Origin: Spirochaetia bacterium
Lineage (GTDB): Bacteria; Spirochaetota; Spirochaetia; UBA9216
Assembly: GCA_965140585.1 (NCBI GenBank)
Contig: OZ223264.1
Span: 576,001-640,000 of the forward strand
Direction: 5' to 3'
DNA: 64,000 nucleotides
Made by a program: the position numbers and the translations under genes. Positions 59,876-64,000 of the stretch are shown in pieces; the stretch's first letter is position 1, and each line of letters opens with the position of its first letter. The notes under the pieces were generated by a model, which did no database searches, was not told the DNA's origin, and saw only the letters and a list, made by a program, of their open reading frames with translations.

Positions 59876-61656
59876 AGACACCCATTACAATATTAATTTT
59901 AATAAGCCTGATAATTTCAGGATGCGCAGGATTAAAAACAGAAGCGAAGAATGACTCGGAATATGCATCCGCTGACAGCAGGTCTTCTCTTATAAACAAA
60001 ATAAAATCAGAAATGAAATTAAAGAAAATGACAGGGCTTTCAATAGCCGTTGCCGACTCGGAAGGAATCCTATGGTCTGAAGGTTTCGGTTTTTCCGATA
60101 AGAAAGCCGGTAAATCTTTCAATGATTATACAATTTCAAATGTTGGTTCAGTGTCCAAACTGATAACAGCCGCTGCAGTTATGAAGCTTGCGGAAACAGG
60201 TAAGATAGATCTTGATGCACCGGTTTCAGACTATCTTGAAGATTTTGCACCACGCGGAGGCCTTCCCGATAATCCTGTTACTGTCAGAATGCTTCTGAAC
60301 CATCAGTCCGGACTTGAGTCCGATGCGTTTCAGGATTTTTTCCTGGGATACAGCAGACCGGATGATTTTACCCACAGCTACCGAAAAGCTGTTGATGCAG
60401 TAAACCGGAGCGGGGTTGTGAGAGATCCATATACAATTTTTTCATACTGCAATCTCGGCTATTCCCTTCTTGGATGCATAATTGAAAGAACCGTGGGGCT
60501 TGAATTTCAGGAAGCCGTAAAAGAGCTCGTATTTGAACCTGCCGGGATGACCAGCTCAAGCTTCATTATCGATGAAATGCCGGAGGATAGGATTTCTCTC
60601 GGATATGTAAACGGCATGTCCGTGACTGTTCCCTATATCAGGGACATGCCGGCCGGCAGCCTTAATTTAAACGCTAATGATATGGGCCGTTTTCTTCAGA
60701 GGATCCTTGCCTCTTACAAAAATAATGATGGCAACCTTAAGCAGCAGACAGTTTATGAAATGTTTACTCCTTCAAACACAGAAGTCCAGAATGATCTTGA
60801 CTTTAGAATCGGGCTGACCTGGTGGATCGTAAACCTGAAAAGCCTTCCGGGAGAGTATCTTCTGGGGCACGGCGGCGACCTTCCCCCTTTTCATGCTTTA
60901 GTAACTGTTCTTCCGGATAGGGATCTTGCTGTTTTTGTGATGGTCAATTCTGTAAACGGAGTAGGCTCTTTCAGTCTTACTGATATCACCACAGAGGCGG
61001 TACGTACTTTTGCAGCAGAAAAAAATCAGGCTCTGAGCAGCAAAGCTTTTGAACCAAGCCCTGTTGTCGAAACTCCGGATGATATTAAAAATAATCTCCC
61101 TGGATTCTATGCCTCGGCTTCAGGCTTATCAGAAATAAAGCTGACTGGCCGCAAATTGAAAATCTACGCTTTCAATAACTGGTTTGACCTCGTCTCTCAC
61201 GCTGACGGAAGTTTGAGCCTCAGCATGAAAATCCTTGGAGTTTTTCCTGTCAAGCTGCCGGTCTTCGACGAGATGTCGATTACAACCGAGCCAATCGGGC
61301 TAAACGAATCAATCAACCTGAGATTTCAGGGGGTTTTTATTAGCCCCTGTATTAAAATAGAGCCGGTTCCGATTGATGAAACATGGATGGAACGATGCGG
61401 CACCTATAAGGCTGTAAAAGAAGAAATAATGCCCAATTATACCGGTTTTAAAATAGAGTACGATAAAAATAGCGGCTTTTTATGTCTGTCGCTTAAAAGT
61501 TCGGACGGATGGTCACGTTTTCCGCTTCAGACTATAGATTCATCACGTGCTGTGCTTATGGGCACAGGCCGGGGGCTTGGTGGAAATGTTAGTGCAGTCA
61601 CAGAACAGGGTAAAGAAATATTGGAATTTCTAAACTTCAAACTTACTAAAGAATAA
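59872..61656 (+). CDS. Serine hydrolase (beta-lactamase/AmpC-like family) lipoprotein
   Basis: Lipobox ISGC; SVSK (SxxK), YCN, GHGG. Confidence 0.88.
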   Translation: MKTPITILILISLIISGCAGLKTEAKNDSEYASADSRSSLINKIKSEMKLKKMTGLSIAVADSEGILWSEGFGFSDKKAGKSFNDYTISNVGSVSKLITAAAVMKLAETGKIDLDAPVSDYLEDFAPRGGLPDNPVTVRMLLNHQSGLESDAFQDFFLGYSRPDDFTHSYRKAVDAVNRSGVVRDPYTIFSYCNLGYSLLGCIIERTVGLEFQEAVKELVFEPAGMTSSSFIIDEMPEDRISLGYVNGMSVTVPYIRDMPAGSLNLNANDMGRFLQRILASYKNNDGNLKQQTVYEMFTPSNTEVQNDLDFRIGLTWWIVNLKSLPGEYLLGHGGDLPPFHALVTVLPDRDLAVFVMVNSVNGVGSFSLTDITTEAVRTFAAEKNQALSSKAFEPSPVVETPDDIKNNLPGFYASASGLSEIKLTGRKLKIYAFNNWFDLVSHADGSLSLSMKILGVFPVKLPVFDEMSITTEPIGLNESINLRFQGVFISPCIKIEPVPIDETWMERCGTYKAVKEEIMPNYTGFKIEYDKNSGFLCLSLKSSDGWSRFPLQTIDSSRAVLMGTGRGLGGNVSAVTEQGKEILEFLNFKLTKE

Positions 61657-61666
61657 TCATTTTCAG

Positions 61667-61710
61667 TATCACTGAGGCAGCCGTTCGCCGCGGCTGTCTC
61701 AGTGGTATTT
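61667..61710 (+). terminator. Hairpin, probable intrinsic terminator
   Basis: CACTGAGGCAGCCG...CGGCTGTCTCAGTG followed by GTATTT. Confidence 0.6.
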
Positions 61711-61731
61711 ACTCCCAGCCGTATATTTTAA

Positions 61732-62493
61732 TTGACAGCTGAATCTTCCGCTCCTATTATTAAAATAGACCTGATTCTTATATATCGTGCTATCAACCTT
61801 ACAGGAAAACTGGCGCTTCAGGATTATCTGCTTACACTTGCATCAGTTCCTTTTTCGTTCATTATGTTCACAGCTTTTCCTATGGCTGTTCACAGGATTC
61901 TGGAAGTCCGGTATGAAAAATTGAGAAACCGAATCCTGATTATTTTAAACCTGCTGCTTAATTCAATCCAATATTTTCCGGTAGGAAGTACCTACAATAT
62001 TGAGACCGGAACATTGAACCTGGGCCCTCTGTTTGCATTAACAGGCATCGGTCAGCTAACAGTTATTATCTACAGCGTTCTTCTGCTGGCCGGCTTTCTT
62101 ACATTGATTTTTATCCCAGGTTTTTTTCATGACATCACTTATTCCATGGGCAGGCAGTATTTTGATATTTCCCCTGCCGAACTCATTTTCTTTCCGCTAT
62201 ATTATTTTATTCTTTCTTTGATAGTGATCATTTACTCCGGGCGGTACTTCATTGCGATTACTCAGCTTGAAAATTCAACTCAGCTTTCTGAAGAATTGCT
62301 GATTGAGCTGGGCAGAAAACATGGTCTGACTGAAAGGGAAAAAGAGGTTATTCCGCTTATCGTCGAAGGGATGAGCAATAAACAGATTGCGGTGAATCTC
62401 TTCATTTCGACAAAGACTGTGGATAACCACATTTACAATATCTATAAAAAGCTGGAAATCAATTCGCGTTTTGAGCTGTTGTACTTGTGCTAG
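61732..62493 (+). pseudogene. Membrane-bound LuxR-type regulator, probably 5'-truncated
   Basis: C-terminal LTEREKEVIPLIVEGMSNKQIA...TVDNHIYNIYKKL. The ORF 'start' TTG is part of a TTGACA-N17-TATTAT promoter; no SD/ATG follows it. Confidence 0.55.
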
Positions 62494-62598
62494 CATTGAT
62501 GCTGTCCTGCGGATAATTTTTAAATAAATCAGGGGTACGGAAATGATAAAAGCGGTTGATATGCGTGATTTGATAAAACAGATAATTGCTTAAGTGCT

Positions 62599-63549
62599 TT
62601 ATTTCAGGCTGTTTATATCTCCAACCACTTCAACTCCGCAAGAACCGGCTCGATCTTTCAGGAGACAATTATTCTTGTAATCTGAAAGTTCAATGCTGAT
62701 TTCAGTATCCGTTGTTTCACAAATTCCCCTCTGCATTGCTCCGTTTACCGGAGCTTTTAATAAACCGCCTTGTCCGGGTAATGAAAAGACAACATTAAGT
62801 TGATATTTATTATTTTTTATTAAAATTGATACTTCATCATTATTCTCATCGTCTATTTCATAACCACTATTATTGTATGTTGTAAATCTATAATATTTCT
62901 CTTTAAAATAAAGGAAGCAGAGAAATCCGTTAAATTCTCTGCCCAGCCATGGAACTTTTGCAATAGACAACATAAAACTTCCGGAGTGTTCACTTAAGCT
63001 GTTACTCTGTATCCAGATCCAGGATGACGGCATGGATCTTCCCCAGTCTTTCTCTATATAACCTCTTCCGTTCTGGATGATCTTTTTTTTACCGTCCCTG
63101 ATAATTTCGCCGTTCACCGAATGATCTGCAGATACAATACCGTGATAACATTCCATGAACGGAACAAATGAATACGGGCCCATAATTCCCGGAGCCCATG
63201 TCCCTGAAATGTAGGGTGTGAATCTCCCGAAATTAAGCGAGCATGATATTTTCAAATCTGAACTTGAAATGTTAAGGAAAAGGCTCTTTGATGAAAATTC
63301 ATTTTCTCCTATCCTGATGTGAAAAGAATTGCGCTCTGCATGAAAGTCTTTCAATGGAAAACGCTGATAAAATGTTTTATGAGTCTTACCTTCAATGATC
63401 TGTATAAATGCGTGAGGATCCCGGCCTATTGAAATTCCGGGTATTACAATTAAAACTCCATTTTCATATATGGTTTTAAAGTACCATCCTTCAAAGTATT
63501 TCTTTTTTTTTAACGAACCCTGGAAGATTTCAGGATGAAGCAGTCTCAT
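62599..63549 (-). CDS. Tocopherol-cyclase-like protein
   Basis: YFEGWYFK, IMGPYSFVPFMECYHG, GYIEKDWGRSMP, WIWIQSN. Confidence 0.8.
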   Translation of the reverse strand: MRLLHPEIFQGSLKKKKYFEGWYFKTIYENGVLIVIPGISIGRDPHAFIQIIEGKTHKTFYQRFPLKDFHAERNSFHIRIGENEFSSKSLFLNISSSDLKISCSLNFGRFTPYISGTWAPGIMGPYSFVPFMECYHGIVSADHSVNGEIIRDGKKKIIQNGRGYIEKDWGRSMPSSWIWIQSNSLSEHSGSFMLSIAKVPWLGREFNGFLCFLYFKEKYYRFTTYNNSGYEIDDENNDEVSILIKNNKYQLNVVFSLPGQGGLLKAPVNGAMQRGICETTDTEISIELSDYKNNCLLKDRAGSCGVEVVGDINSLK

Positions 63550-63572
63550 ATAAAAATTGCCGATATTCTTAT

Positions 63573-64000
63573 TCAGCTTTTTATCAGTCTGATTATCAGC
63601 ACAGCAGTAATGACTACAATTGCAGTAATGGCGGAAATAACCACTTCTGTAGCATCACCGACAGCACTTCTTTTTATAACAATTCCAAGCAGTGCCCATA
63701 TTACTACAAGGCTGTATCCTATATCTCTTCTTGTTACAATTATGAGACAGGTTATAATAACTGCAGCAGCAATAACTATTACCGTCCATGCTTCTTCAGA
63801 CAGGAAATACCCTTTTAAGTTCAAATTGACTAGAAAAGCAGTAATGTTGGCTATCGTTGCGACCGTTATCCAGCCCAGATATATGCTGAACGGGAGTCTT
63901 GTGAGAATATATACAATTTTACTTTGTGGAACAGTGTTACTTAGTTTGAGGTATATAATTATCAGGCTTGCAAGAATTAAAGCCATAAAGAGTAGTGAGA
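63573..64000 (-). CDS. Polytopic membrane protein (TspO/tryptophan-rich sensory-like), 5' end outside the window
   Basis: LPFSIYLGWITVATIAN, YSLVVIWALLGI. Confidence 0.6.
   Translation of the reverse strand, partial: SLLFMALILASLIIIYLKLSNTVPQSKIVYILTRLPFSIYLGWITVATIANITAFLVNLNLKGYFLSEEAWTVIVIAAAVIITCLIIVTRRDIGYSLVVIWALLGIVIKRSAVGDATEVVISAITAIVVITAVLIIRLIKS

Noticed and set aside
59872-61656. Antibiotic-resistance beta-lactamase
   Set aside because: SxxK/YxN/HGG motifs are shared by many esterases and peptidases of this fold, and the long C-terminal extension and context do not indicate resistance.
1-64000. CRISPR array, tRNA/rRNA, IS/transposase, prophage or defence system
   Set aside because: No regularly spaced repeats, structural RNA signatures, or transposase/integrase/nuclease motifs were seen by eye; a covariance-model scan was not possible.

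Overview
A gene-dense bacterial chromosomal window, most likely from an anaerobic spirochaete. That assignment is inferred from long-class MCPs with HAG-x-x-G-x-GF tips, spirochaete-style lipoproteins and the Fe-S/W-enzyme content. From 5' to 3' it contains: (1) a chemoreceptor-rich block with four MCPs, two of them tandem paralogs carrying C-terminal CZB zinc-binding domains; (2) a ~15 kb co-oriented signalling operon (11124-25930) that joins a PAS hybrid kinase and a REC-PP2C-RsbW partner-switch protein to an F7-like chemosensory cluster (36H MCP, cheW, PilZ, degenerate MCP-like protein, STAS, cheY, cheA, cheD, cheR, cheB, STAS); (3) rubredoxin/ferredoxin genes, a non-pyrrolysine MttB methyltransferase and an AsnC regulator; (4) a 1741-aa multi-sensor hybrid kinase with an HD-GYP partner; (5) a group-B-like [FeFe]-hydrogenase and a truncated sensory-hydrogenase-like gene that share a promoter/operator; (6) a protease-rimK-desuccinylase operon; (7) an IclR/Fe-ADH/AOR/MoaD/SDR operon; (8) ALDH/LysR, a diguanylate cyclase, a serine-hydrolase lipoprotein and a tocopherol-cyclase-like gene. 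About ten genes from 26 kb onward are broken by nonsense codons, frameshifts or apparent microhomology deletions. I saw no rRNA, tRNA, CRISPR array or IS element. All calls come from reading motifs by eye; no database searches were run.
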